Positions 17,118-26,405 of a DNA stretch of 62,232 nucleotides are shown in pieces. The first letter of the stretch is position 1. Every line of letters begins with the position of its first letter. This stretch comes from Acidimicrobiia bacterium. GTDB lineage: Bacteria; Actinomycetota; Acidimicrobiia; Acidimicrobiales; JBBSGY01. A program made the translations under genes and the position numbers. The stretch covers positions 1 through 62,232 of the forward strand of contig JBDIBA010000005.1 in assembly GCA_039812705.1 (NCBI GenBank), in the 5' to 3' direction. Under the pieces are notes generated by a model, which did no database searches, had not been told where the DNA came from, and saw only the letters and a list, made by a program, of their open reading frames with translations.

Positions 17118-18113
17118 GTGAAACTTTTTGTGACCGGCGGTGCTGGCTTCATTGGCTCGAACTACGTCCACGCAGCTGTCGAAAGCGGCAACGAAGTAAC
17201 CGTTTTTGACGCGCTTACTTACGCGGGCAACCGACTGTCTCTGGCAGCGCAAGAAGACAATCCCAATTTTCACTTTGTGCTGGGCGACGTTACTGACCCC
17301 GATGCCGTTGCCGGCGCAATCAAGGGTCACGATGTCGTCATTCACTTTGCAGCCGAGACTCATGTGGATCGGTCGATTGTTGACCCACATCGTTTTGTTG
17401 CAACCAACTGCGTGGGAACCAGCGTTGTCATGCGTTGTGCGCTTGATGCGGGTATCGATCGCGTTGTTCACGTTTCTACCGATGAGGTTTACGGTTCGAT
17501 AGACGAAGGACAATTTGACGAGGCTTCATTATTGGAACCCTCGTCTCCCTACAGCGCATCGAAGGCCGGTTCAGACCTGATCGCGCTTAGCTATCAAGTC
17601 ACCTACGGGCTTCCTGTCGTTGTCACTCGTTCGTCAAACCAGTTCGGCCCCTATCAATTCCCCGAGAAACTCATCCCTTTGTTCATCACGAACCTGATTG
17701 AGGGCAAACCCGTTGGTTTGTATGGCGACGGTCTGAATGTTCGTGACTGGCTTTACGTCGAAGACAACGTGTCCGGCATTGACACGGTCATGCGGTTCGG
17801 AGAAGTGGGAAAGATTTACAACATTGACGGTGGCAACGAAATGACCAACCGAGACATTGCATTTCGATTGGTTGAGCTGTGCGATGCAGACCCTTCGCTC
17901 GTTCGGTTTGTGGAAGACCGCCTCGGTCACGATCGTCGGTACGCAATTAATGGTGACAATGTCCGCGCCCTAGGTTGGCAGCCGCGGTGCACCTTTGATG
18001 ACGCACTGGTTGCAACGGTTGGTTGGTACAAAACCAACGAAGATTGGTGGCGACCGCTAAAGGAACGCAGCAATCACGCAGGTGGCAACCCGAAACCAGG
18101 GTTGCGTTCATGA
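17118..18113 (+). CDS. rmlB: dTDP-glucose 4,6-dehydratase
   Basis: GGAGFIGSNYV, STDEVYG, YSASKAGSD. Confidence 0.92.
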   Translation: MKLFVTGGAGFIGSNYVHAAVESGNEVTVFDALTYAGNRLSLAAQEDNPNFHFVLGDVTDPDAVAGAIKGHDVVIHFAAETHVDRSIVDPHRFVATNCVGTSVVMRCALDAGIDRVVHVSTDEVYGSIDEGQFDEASLLEPSSPYSASKAGSDLIALSYQVTYGLPVVVTRSSNQFGPYQFPEKLIPLFITNLIEGKPVGLYGDGLNVRDWLYVEDNVSGIDTVMRFGEVGKIYNIDGGNEMTNRDIAFRLVELCDADPSLVRFVEDRLGHDRRYAINGDNVRALGWQPRCTFDDALVATVGWYKTNEDWWRPLKERSNHAGGNPKPGLRS

Positions 18114-18958
18114 AGGTGCTGATCACAGGAGCCCGCGGTCAGGTCGGCAGAGAAGTCTCAAGGGTCTTTGAGGCAAACGGCAACCACGATGTTCTTTCAT
18201 GTTCGCGAAACGAGATCGATGTCGCGTCGCGTGACTCTGTTTTCTGCGCGATTACGTCTTTTCAACCAGACGTCGTTGTTCACTGTGCTGCCTATACGGC
18301 AGTCGATGCTGCCGAAACAGATCCAGATAACGCTTATTTGGTTAACGCACTGGGAACTCGACATGTGGTGGGCGCAGCAGACGTTGTTGGAGCGCGGGTC
18401 ATTGTGCCGTCCACGGACTATGTGTTTGACGGCACCAAGCGCAGTCCGTATCGCGAGTGGGACGAAACCAACCCACTCAACGTTTACGGACACACAAAGT
18501 TGGCTTCGGAGAAGGAGTGCCGTCCGGCAGACGCAATCATTCGAACCTCGTGGGTGTTTGGTCGCTACGGCCACAACATTGTTAAGACGTTGATTGAACT
18601 GGCCGCCAAGTCCGATGAGGTGACCTTCGTTAACGATCAGGTCGGCAAACCAACTTGCGCCGAAGACCTGGCCGCAGCTACTTACCAGGTCGCGGTGAAT
18701 CGCCTTTCTGGTGTCTTCCACGTAACCAACGAAGGGGAGACCACGTGGTTTGACCTTGCGCGCGAGGTTTTTGAGGCCGCAGGGGCCGACCCTCAGCGGG
18801 TTTTGGGGAAAGAAACCGACCAGATCGAGCCGAAGCGGCCCGCTATTCGACCGAGGTACTCGGTTCTCGATACGTTGGCTTGGAAGGCGTCTGGCATGAA
18901 TCCTCTTACCGACCACCGCGAGGCGCTTCACAGGGTGGTCAAGGAGCTGATGGGTTAA
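18110..18958 (+). CDS. rmlD: dTDP-4-dehydrorhamnose reductase
   Basis: MKVLITGARGQVG, STDYVFDG, YGHTKLASE. It overlaps the rmlB stop (ATGA). Confidence 0.9.
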   Translation: MKVLITGARGQVGREVSRVFEANGNHDVLSCSRNEIDVASRDSVFCAITSFQPDVVVHCAAYTAVDAAETDPDNAYLVNALGTRHVVGAADVVGARVIVPSTDYVFDGTKRSPYREWDETNPLNVYGHTKLASEKECRPADAIIRTSWVFGRYGHNIVKTLIELAAKSDEVTFVNDQVGKPTCAEDLAAATYQVAVNRLSGVFHVTNEGETTWFDLAREVFEAAGADPQRVLGKETDQIEPKRPAIRPRYSVLDTLAWKASGMNPLTDHREALHRVVKELMG

Positions 18959-20251
18959 ATGAGCAAGATCGCAGTAGTAGGAACCGGTTATGTGGGCTTG
19001 GCAACAGGCGCATATTTGTCGCACCTTGGCCACAAGGTGGTCTGTGCAGATGTCGTTCCGGAAAAAGTCGAGCGGCTTTCTCGCGCTGAAATTCCAATTG
19101 TTGAACCTGGCTTGGAAGAGCTAGTCAAAGAGGGTCTGGCAAACCAGAACCTGTCGTTTGTTCTGGGTGCGGAGAACGCAGCCAAGGGCGCTGACTTTGT
19201 GTTCCTTTGCGTGCCCACTCCACAGGGCGAAGACGGTTCAGCAGATCTCAGTTACGTCCAACAGGCAGCGCGCGAGATCGCCCCTGTGTTGGATTCCGAC
19301 ACCATTGTCATCAACAAGTCCACTGTTCCGGTTGGTTCAACGCGAGTTGTCGAATCTGCCATGCAGCGCCCCGATGTTTTCGTTGTTTCCAACCCGGAGT
19401 TTCTTCGCGAAGGCTCTGCGGTACACGACTGTTTGAACCCAGACAGGATCGTCATTGGTGCTGACTCTCAGCCTGCAGCAGCGCGTGTGGCCGAACTGTT
19501 CGCGAAACTGAACGCACCGGTTGTCATTACAGACCCGGCATCGGCCGAAACCATTAAGTACGCGGCAAACGCGTTCCTGGCAACCAAGATCAGCTTTGTA
19601 AACGCCATGGCAAACCTTTGCGAAGCAGTCGGTGCAGATATTCGTGAAGTCACACTCGGCATGGGTTACGACAAGCGCATTGGATTTGAGTTCCTTAAGC
19701 CCGGCCCCGGTTGGGGTGGAAGCTGTTTCCCTAAGGACTCGCGCGCGTTGGTTCGTATTGGTGAAGATGCTGGTTACGACTTTTCATTGCTTCGCGGAGT
19801 CATCGAGGTCAACAACGAACAGTACGCAGCAGTTGCCAACAAGATCCGCAATGCAGCCGGTGGCACGCTGGAAGGAAAGACTGTTGGAGTCTGGGGCCTT
19901 ACGTTCAAGGCAAATACCGACGACCTTCGTGATTCGCCTTCGCTATATGTCATTGATCGGCTCGTCGAAATGGGCGCAACGGTCAAGGGCTACGACATCA
20001 CTCAGCTGAGGACACATCGACTTCATCACCCAACGCTCGACAAGATTGAGCTTTGCAACGACGCCTATGCAGCCGTTGATGGCGCCGATGTCGTTGCGGT
20101 TCTCACCGAATGGGACGAGTTCCGCTGGGTCGACTTCGCCAAGGTCAAAGAATCAATGACCAACCCCGCAATTGTCGATGCGCGCAACCTCCTAGATGGG
20201 CCGCCGCTGCGCAACCTTGGCTTCAAGTACATGGCGATCGGTCGCTCCTGA
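18959..20251 (+). CDS. ugd: UDP-glucose 6-dehydrogenase
   Basis: VVGTGYVGLATGAYLSHLGH and the catalytic GWGGSCFPKD. It starts immediately after the rmlD stop. Confidence 0.92.
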   Translation: MSKIAVVGTGYVGLATGAYLSHLGHKVVCADVVPEKVERLSRAEIPIVEPGLEELVKEGLANQNLSFVLGAENAAKGADFVFLCVPTPQGEDGSADLSYVQQAAREIAPVLDSDTIVINKSTVPVGSTRVVESAMQRPDVFVVSNPEFLREGSAVHDCLNPDRIVIGADSQPAAARVAELFAKLNAPVVITDPASAETIKYAANAFLATKISFVNAMANLCEAVGADIREVTLGMGYDKRIGFEFLKPGPGWGGSCFPKDSRALVRIGEDAGYDFSLLRGVIEVNNEQYAAVANKIRNAAGGTLEGKTVGVWGLTFKANTDDLRDSPSLYVIDRLVEMGATVKGYDITQLRTHRLHHPTLDKIELCNDAYAAVDGADVVAVLTEWDEFRWVDFAKVKESMTNPAIVDARNLLDGPPLRNLGFKYMAIGRS

Positions 20252-20295
20252 TCCCTTAGTCAGGCGCGTGCGTCTGCACAAATTGGCGTTATCGA

Positions 20296-20333
20296 CCGCC
20301 AGATTTCACACTTTTCATCGTGAAATCTGGCGG
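20296..20333 (+). terminator. perfect 14-bp stem-loop after ugd; the 3' arm contains the GTG start of the next gene
   Basis: CCGCCAGATTTCAC (20296..20309) pairs with GTGAAATCTGGCGG (20320..20333) around a 10-nt loop. There is no U-tract. Confidence 0.55.
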
Positions 20334-21132
20334 GACGAAACAACGGTGTGGTGCTCTGCACCCAAGAAAGCTTCGTGTGACGGTGGCTTCGGCGATTGTC
20401 GGCGGGTTGTTGATGTCAGGGGCGGCATACGCTGACCGGGTCGGCGGCGGCGCTGGAGCTGGCAATGACAGCGTTGAAGTCGGGGGAACCCGTGGCGGCT
20501 CTGCTCCTGGAACCCCACCCAGAGGCACGGGTGGCGGGAACCACGGTGGTTCGGTGACGACGACCACCGCACCCGGTTACGACCAGTGTGCCGACATGAG
20601 CCCTGCGAACCCGCTTTACAACGCCTGTATGAACGAGTTCTCGGTTGGCACGCTTCAATTCTTCCCTCAACCTGGCGCACCGGCCGTACCTCCGGCAGTG
20701 TTAGCCCAGCAAACAGCTGCGGACTTCTTCAAGCGGATTCCGCTGCCGACGCCACAGCCAAAGATGAGTGCTCCGAGTGGCATTGCCGGTGCGTCTCACC
20801 AGCTGGACATGCAGACGCCATCAGCTGTCAGCTTTTCCGAGGCCGGTACGGCATTTGGCGAATTGCAGGTGAGTGCGCGAGCCCGCTTCGCGGTCGATTG
20901 GGGAGACGGAACCTCCGATTCGTACACAACGGCCGGCGGTCCGTGGCCGTCGAGTCCGGTTAGCCACTCGTGGTCTAAGCGGGGCAGTTACACGGTGATC
21001 GTTACCGCCTATTGGAGTGCGCACTGGCAACTTGGCGGGTTCTCTGGAGACGTTGGCGGCCTCAGCACGTCTGGGTCAATCCCTAACTTTGAAGTCGGTG
21101 AGATTCAGGCGACTCTCAACGTAAACGTCTGA
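20320..21132 (+). CDS. secreted Gly-rich protein with a C-terminal PKD-like domain
   Basis: It has a basic n-region plus signal peptide (RKLRVTVASAIVGGLLMSGAAYA), a G-rich low-complexity segment, and FAVDWGDGTSDSY..HSWSKRGSYTVIVTAYW, which fits the PKD pattern. Confidence 0.7.
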   Translation: MKSGGTKQRCGALHPRKLRVTVASAIVGGLLMSGAAYADRVGGGAGAGNDSVEVGGTRGGSAPGTPPRGTGGGNHGGSVTTTTAPGYDQCADMSPANPLYNACMNEFSVGTLQFFPQPGAPAVPPAVLAQQTAADFFKRIPLPTPQPKMSAPSGIAGASHQLDMQTPSAVSFSEAGTAFGELQVSARARFAVDWGDGTSDSYTTAGGPWPSSPVSHSWSKRGSYTVIVTAYWSAHWQLGGFSGDVGGLSTSGSIPNFEVGEIQATLNVNV

Positions 21133-21188
21133 TTTAGGGCATTACTCGCATTCGACTGGAGCGTTTGCCTGACAGGTGCAGACACAAC

Positions 21189-21219
21189 AAAGGCGAACGG
21201 GGCTGAACCGTTCGCCTTT
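21189..21219 (+). terminator. stem-loop downstream of the PKD-like gene
   Basis: AAAGGCGAACGG and CCGTTCGCCTTT form a 12-bp perfect stem around a GGCTGAA loop. Confidence 0.55.
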
Positions 21220-21335
21220 GCAGATCTGAAGCGCGTTCTTGACCCATTAAGAAGCGCCTTCGGGTTTCCAGTGATGGAAACCAACTACAGGATAGATGGT
21301 CTTGTGGAAACTCACAAGGGCGCTACGTTGCAATT

Positions 21336-22277
21336 GTGCGAATAGTTGTCAGTGGTGCCGCTGGATTCCTGGGTTCACACCTTTGTCGTGCGCTCATTGC
21401 ACGCGGTGATGACGTAATTGGTTTCGACTCGCTGCTCACCGGGCGTTTGTCCAACGTCGACGATCTCTTTACGACCAGCAAGTTCACCTTCGTTCATCAC
21501 GACGTCAGCAACTTCACTCATGTCACAGGCGACGTCGACGCCATCATGCACTTGGCAAGTCCGGCAAGTCCCAAGGACTTTGTGGACATTCCCATCAAGA
21601 TCATGAAGGTCAACAGTCTTGGCACTCACCGGTTGCTTGGCATGGCACGCGACAAGGGCTCAAAGTTCTTCCTGGCCTCAACCAGTGAGGTTTACGGCGA
21701 CCCTCTCCAACACCCTCAACAAGAGAGTTACTGGGGCAACGTCAACCCCATTGGACCGCGGTCGATGTACGACGAATCGAAACGCTTTGCAGAGGCCATG
21801 TCCAAGGCTTACGAACGTCAACATGGTTTAGCGATCCGCATCGTGCGCATTTTCAACACTTACGGCCCGGCCATGAGGATTGATGATGGGCGAGTGGTGA
21901 CGAACTTCGTGTCTCAGGCGCTTTCGGGCCGGCCGATCAGCATTTACGGAGATGGTTCGCAGACGCGCAGCTTCACGTATGTGGATGATCTGATCCGCGG
22001 GTTCATCTCGCTCCTGGACAGTGACTACAGCGAGCCCGTCAATCTTGGTAACCCCAATGAGTTCACAATTTCCCAGTTGGCTGAGCTTGTGCTTGAGCTA
22101 ACCGGGTCAGACGTGGGCATTGACTACAGACCGTTGCCCGTCGACGACCCCACTCAGCGTTGTCCCGATATTGCCGTGGCTCAGTCCGTCTTGGGTTGGC
22201 ACCCAACTGTTGAGCTTCGCGAAGGTCTGGCCAAAACGATCGATTACGTACGCACCGAGATGGGCTCTACGCGCTAG
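21336..22277 (+). CDS. uxs: UDP-glucuronate decarboxylase (UDP-xylose synthase)
   Basis: [30 protein letters not shown]. Its 313-aa length is typical of UXS. Confidence 0.85.
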   Translation: MRIVVSGAAGFLGSHLCRALIARGDDVIGFDSLLTGRLSNVDDLFTTSKFTFVHHDVSNFTHVTGDVDAIMHLASPASPKDFVDIPIKIMKVNSLGTHRLLGMARDKGSKFFLASTSEVYGDPLQHPQQESYWGNVNPIGPRSMYDESKRFAEAMSKAYERQHGLAIRIVRIFNTYGPAMRIDDGRVVTNFVSQALSGRPISIYGDGSQTRSFTYVDDLIRGFISLLDSDYSEPVNLGNPNEFTISQLAELVLELTGSDVGIDYRPLPVDDPTQRCPDIAVAQSVLGWHPTVELREGLAKTIDYVRTEMGSTR

Positions 22278-22287
22278 CCTGCCGCCG

Positions 22288-23067
22288 ATGGCTGGACTAT
22301 CCCGCTCAAAAGTTTCTCGAATCGCTCGCACGGGCGGCAGTGGTCGCCGTCGTGGCGATTCCTCTGCCGGTTTTCTGACGCTCCTTGCGGTGCTGGCCAT
22401 GATTGGGATGGCCATTGTCATCATCAGTCGCGACCAGCGCCTTGACGCCACCACGCCGAACAACAAGCCGCCGCTAGAGCCCGTGCAGAGCGAAACCGAC
22501 CCCAGTAAGAACCGCGCCGGGGACCACTGGCACGAGGCCTATGGCGTTTACATCTGCGACAAGTTCATTTCGCCGATCAACTCAACGGCAGACAAGTTCG
22601 GTATTTCCACGCAGAACGATGGCGTGATGTACATCCACCCGTATGAAAAGCGTTACGCCGGCGCAAACTCCACGCTTGGTTTGTTTGCAGACAGCTTCGA
22701 TATCAAGTTGACGAACAAGTCAATCCAAGTTCCCGGCGACAACACCGTTTACACAACGGGCGAATCCAAGTGTGGCGACACAACGGGCGAGCTTGTCGTT
22801 CGCGAATGGGAAGACCCCTCCAAGGCTGACAAGGCTGTTGTCATTGAGAACGACATTCGTAGCGTTCGCGTAAAGGACAAGGCAGCAGTTGTTATTGCGT
22901 TCGTTCCCGAAGGCAAGACAGACATTCCACTTCCAGAGTCGGCTACCAATGGCGCGCTTACTGCAGCGCCTGAAAAAGAAGCCAAACTTGCCGCCGAAGC
23001 CGCTGGCGCAGAAGGCGCACCAGAGTTGGTTAATCCAGAAGGTCAAGCACCAGCAGGCGGAGGTTGA
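22288..23067 (+). CDS. N-terminally membrane-anchored extracytoplasmic protein of unknown function
   Basis: I trimmed the start to ATG 22288 (MAGLSRSKVS..). It has a TM helix FLTLLAVLAMIGMAIVII, a DHWHEAYGVYICDKF..GVMYIHPYE..TLGLFADSF core and an Ala/Glu/Pro-rich tail. Confidence 0.7.
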   Translation: MAGLSRSKVSRIARTGGSGRRRGDSSAGFLTLLAVLAMIGMAIVIISRDQRLDATTPNNKPPLEPVQSETDPSKNRAGDHWHEAYGVYICDKFISPINSTADKFGISTQNDGVMYIHPYEKRYAGANSTLGLFADSFDIKLTNKSIQVPGDNTVYTTGESKCGDTTGELVVREWEDPSKADKAVVIENDIRSVRVKDKAAVVIAFVPEGKTDIPLPESATNGALTAAPEKEAKLAAEAAGAEGAPELVNPEGQAPAGGG

Positions 23068-23069
23068 GC

Positions 23070-24080
23070 ATGCGTGCAGTCATATTGGTCGGTGGTTTCG
23101 GGACGCGACTGCGTCCACTCACCTTGACGATCCCCAAGCAGATGCTTCCAGTGGTGGAAGTCCCTGCAATTGAACGAAAGATTGCCCAGCTCGCCAGTTG
23201 CGGAATCACCGACATTGTCTTGTCGATGGGTTACCGGCCAGACGCGTTTCGCGAGGCTTACCCGGACAACGTTTGTGCAGGTGCAAACCTGACCTATGTC
23301 GTCGAGTCCGAACCGTTAGGAACCGCCGGTGCCATTGCCTTTGCCGCGCGCGAAGCCGGCATTGACGACACGTTCCTGGCGTTCAACGGTGACACGCTGA
23401 CCGACATCGACATCATGGGTTTGATTGAACTTCACAAGAGCCGGGGCGCAAAGGGCACCATTTCCCTGACGCCGGTGGACGACCCGTCGCGCTTTGGTGT
23501 TGTGCCTACAGACGCCCAAGGCAAGGTAGAGGCCTTCATCGAAAAACCGGCCGCTGGGGAAGCCCCAACCAACCTCATCAATGCGGGAAGTTATGTCCTA
23601 GAGCCAGACTTCATTTCGCGCGTTCGTGTTCACGACCAAGTGTCGATTGAGCGCGAGATTTTCCCGACGATGGTTGAAGAAGGTTCGCTCTATGCGGGGG
23701 CCTTCGACAAGTACTGGCTCGACATTGGTACTCCCGAGTCCTACTTGAAGGGCAACATGGATTACTTGAACTTCGACAACGGTGGCGAAGCTTTTGTTGC
23801 ACCTAGCGCAAAGACCGGCGACAACTTTGTTGCAACGCGTTCTGTTGTCGGTGCAGGCGTCACTATTGGTGACAACGTCTCCATCAACGAGTCCGTCGTT
23901 TTGCCGGGTGCCATCATCGATGAGGGAACCGTCATTGACCGTTCAATTGTCGGTGAAGAAAGTCACATCGGTGCGGGTTCCAAGTTGGCAAACCTCACCG
24001 TTGTTGGTGGGCATTTGAAAGTTGCCGCCGGCTCGGCGTTGGACGGCGAACGCGTCAGCCCTCCCGAGGTAGAGGTCTGA
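23070..24080 (+). CDS. manC: mannose-1-phosphate guanylyltransferase (NTP-transferase + LbH)
   Basis: MRAVILVGGFGTRLRPLTLTIPKQMLPV, with GGAGG 7 nt upstream of ATG 23070. Confidence 0.85.
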   Translation: MRAVILVGGFGTRLRPLTLTIPKQMLPVVEVPAIERKIAQLASCGITDIVLSMGYRPDAFREAYPDNVCAGANLTYVVESEPLGTAGAIAFAAREAGIDDTFLAFNGDTLTDIDIMGLIELHKSRGAKGTISLTPVDDPSRFGVVPTDAQGKVEAFIEKPAAGEAPTNLINAGSYVLEPDFISRVRVHDQVSIEREIFPTMVEEGSLYAGAFDKYWLDIGTPESYLKGNMDYLNFDNGGEAFVAPSAKTGDNFVATRSVVGAGVTIGDNVSINESVVLPGAIIDEGTVIDRSIVGEESHIGAGSKLANLTVVGGHLKVAAGSALDGERVSPPEVEV

Positions 24081-24123
24081 ACCAGGTCCAGACCCTCGAT
24101 TTGCTCGTCTGCAAGCAGCCTCG

Positions 24124-25296
24124 ATGATGTCCGCGTCTTCGAACACGACTGACCTTGCAATGCGGGTTGCCATCGACGCAACGCCAGTGCTTGGCAAACC
24201 AACCGGTGTTGGGCTTTTTGCCGAGAAGTTGATTCGGGGTTTGCAGGAAAGCGAAGCCGTTAGCCAGCTGGCTTATGCGTTAAGCGTGCGTCGTGTTGGG
24301 CGCCTCGGTTCGCGTCTGGGTCACGATGTCGCAACGCGGTCGCTTCCGTTTCCTCCGAGTGCGTTGATGAAGCGATGGAGCACTCACGACACGCCTTCGA
24401 TCGATGCGTTGTTGTCGTCGCCCGACGTTGTTCACGGAACCAACTTCTTTGTGCCTCCTGCCGAAATACGGTCGTCGAGCAAGTCTGTTCGAAAGAGTGT
24501 GATTACGGTTCATGACTTGACGTGTTTGCGGATGCCGCATCTGTGTACCGGCACGACTCTGATGTACCCGGCGTTGATTAGTCGTGCAATTGCCAATGGC
24601 GCTTTCGTTCACACGCCGACGCGTGCGGTTGCCGATGAGGTTCTGAGTGAATTTGATGTCGACAGTGAACGCGTAGTTCCCATCCACCTCGGTTTTGATG
24701 CACCGACCGAAGTCACGGTTGGCGACGGCGACGACATCGACGTTGAGCCGTGGGGTGATGAGTACGTAGTCGCCGTAGGAACTGTTGAACCGCGCAAGAA
24801 CTACCCGCATTTGATAGAGGCATTCGCTGTTCTGGCCCGTCGGCGCAAGCGCCTGCACCTTGTGATTGTTGGTCAGCGCGGCTGGGACATTGAGCGCACC
24901 GAAGCCGCAATCAAAGCGTCGGGGTGTGAGGACCGCATTCATCTGACAGGTTGGGTCAGCGACGCTCGTCGACACCGGATTATTTCTGGCGCGCGAACTC
25001 TGGCTTTCGTTTCCTTTTATGAGGGTTTTGGTTTTCCGCCGCTTGAAGCCATGGCGCTGGACGTTCCTGTTGTTGTCGGCTCCGTTCCCGCGGTGTCAGA
25101 GGTCTGCGGCGGTGCTGGTATCAACGTCGTCCCAACAGACGTATCGGGTATTTGTGAAGCGCTGGACTCGGTCATTGACGACAGTGCGCAGCGCAGGCGA
25201 ATGATTCAAGAAGGCAAGGACCGTCTTCATCATTTCTCGTGGGAAAAGACCACGCGGGAAATGGTCGAGCTGTATTCCAAGGCTTGTGCTTCGTGA
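24124..25296 (+). CDS. glycosyltransferase family 4 (GT-B)
   Basis: EGFGFPPLEAMA (E-x7-E region) and VGTVEPRKN. The start may instead be ATG 24160 (MRVAIDATP). Confidence 0.85.
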   Translation: MMSASSNTTDLAMRVAIDATPVLGKPTGVGLFAEKLIRGLQESEAVSQLAYALSVRRVGRLGSRLGHDVATRSLPFPPSALMKRWSTHDTPSIDALLSSPDVVHGTNFFVPPAEIRSSSKSVRKSVITVHDLTCLRMPHLCTGTTLMYPALISRAIANGAFVHTPTRAVADEVLSEFDVDSERVVPIHLGFDAPTEVTVGDGDDIDVEPWGDEYVVAVGTVEPRKNYPHLIEAFAVLARRRKRLHLVIVGQRGWDIERTEAAIKASGCEDRIHLTGWVSDARRHRIISGARTLAFVSFYEGFGFPPLEAMALDVPVVVGSVPAVSEVCGGAGINVVPTDVSGICEALDSVIDDSAQRRRMIQEGKDRLHHFSWEKTTREMVELYSKACAS

Positions 25297-26405
25297 GCCA
25301 ACCTCGCCAGCCCTTGACGCCGCTTGTTTCAGTCGAGCAGTTGCAGAGGCCTGTCCCGGGTGGGACGGGCACTTATGTGTTGGGGCTGCTGCGAGGGTTC
25401 GAAGACCTTGCAACAACTGTTGATGCCTACAAGGCGTCTGGTTTCATTGCTGCACTGGGGTCTCGGTCGCAGCGACTCCACGGTGGAGGAGAGGTATTCA
25501 GTTCGCACTTGCCGGTTCGCCTGCTTACGACACTGTGGTCGCGTGGCGGGCGCTTGAACATTGCGGGAAAGCATTCGCTGTTTCATGCAACATCGCCCGC
25601 GTTTCCCGTTGTTGAGGGCGCGCCTCTGACGGTGACTATTCATGACACCGCCTGGAGAGACGTTCCGGCGGCGTTTAGTCCCAAGGCGCGCAAGTGGCAC
25701 GAGCGTCGCGTTCGTCAGGCATTGCAATCTGCGCAGGTCATCTTCACGCCCGCACAATCGGTCAAAAAGTCATTAGTCGACGACGGGGCCGACGCTTCGC
25801 AAGTAAGAGTTTTTCGTGAGGGCGTGGATCACTTAGAGGCTCCAGACATTGACGAAGTGGGGCCTTTTCTAAAGGCATTCGGTGTTACCGGCGAGTTCAT
25901 CTTGACTGCTGGCACGCTTGAACCTCGCAAGAACTTGGCCACGCTGTTGCGTGCCTATCGCAAGGCCAAAGAGACATCCGCGCTTCCACCGTTGGTCATA
26001 GTTGGTCCCGCGGGATGGGGAGACGCTGGTCTTGGGTCAGGTGAGAAAGATGTTCATTTGGTCGGACGTGTGACGCCCGCGTTGTTGTCTGCGCTGTACA
26101 AGTCGTGCACCTTGTTTGTGGCCGTTCCGCTTGCTGAGGGATACGGCTTGCCTCAAGTAGAAGCAATGTCAATGGGAGCGCCGGTTGTTTCGTCGCCGGT
26201 TCCGTCAATTGAAGATGCGCAGGCGCCTGCAATGGTGGTTGAGCCCACCGATGTTGATTCGGTTGCAAGCGCGTTGACGCAAGTAACAAGCAGCGCAGAG
26301 CTTCGCGCAGAACTTGTTGACAAAGGCTTGCGTCACACCCGGAATCTGAAATGGCGTGACGCTGCGCAAAGCCACCTTGACGCGTGGGAGCAGTTCAGCA
26401 GATGA
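25293..26405 (+). CDS. glycosyltransferase family 4 (GT-B)
   Basis: AGTLEPRKN and EGYGLPQVEAMS. Its GTG start overlaps the upstream stop (GTGA). Confidence 0.85.
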   Translation: MSQPRQPLTPLVSVEQLQRPVPGGTGTYVLGLLRGFEDLATTVDAYKASGFIAALGSRSQRLHGGGEVFSSHLPVRLLTTLWSRGGRLNIAGKHSLFHATSPAFPVVEGAPLTVTIHDTAWRDVPAAFSPKARKWHERRVRQALQSAQVIFTPAQSVKKSLVDDGADASQVRVFREGVDHLEAPDIDEVGPFLKAFGVTGEFILTAGTLEPRKNLATLLRAYRKAKETSALPPLVIVGPAGWGDAGLGSGEKDVHLVGRVTPALLSALYKSCTLFVAVPLAEGYGLPQVEAMSMGAPVVSSPVPSIEDAQAPAMVVEPTDVDSVASALTQVTSSAELRAELVDKGLRHTRNLKWRDAAQSHLDAWEQFSR

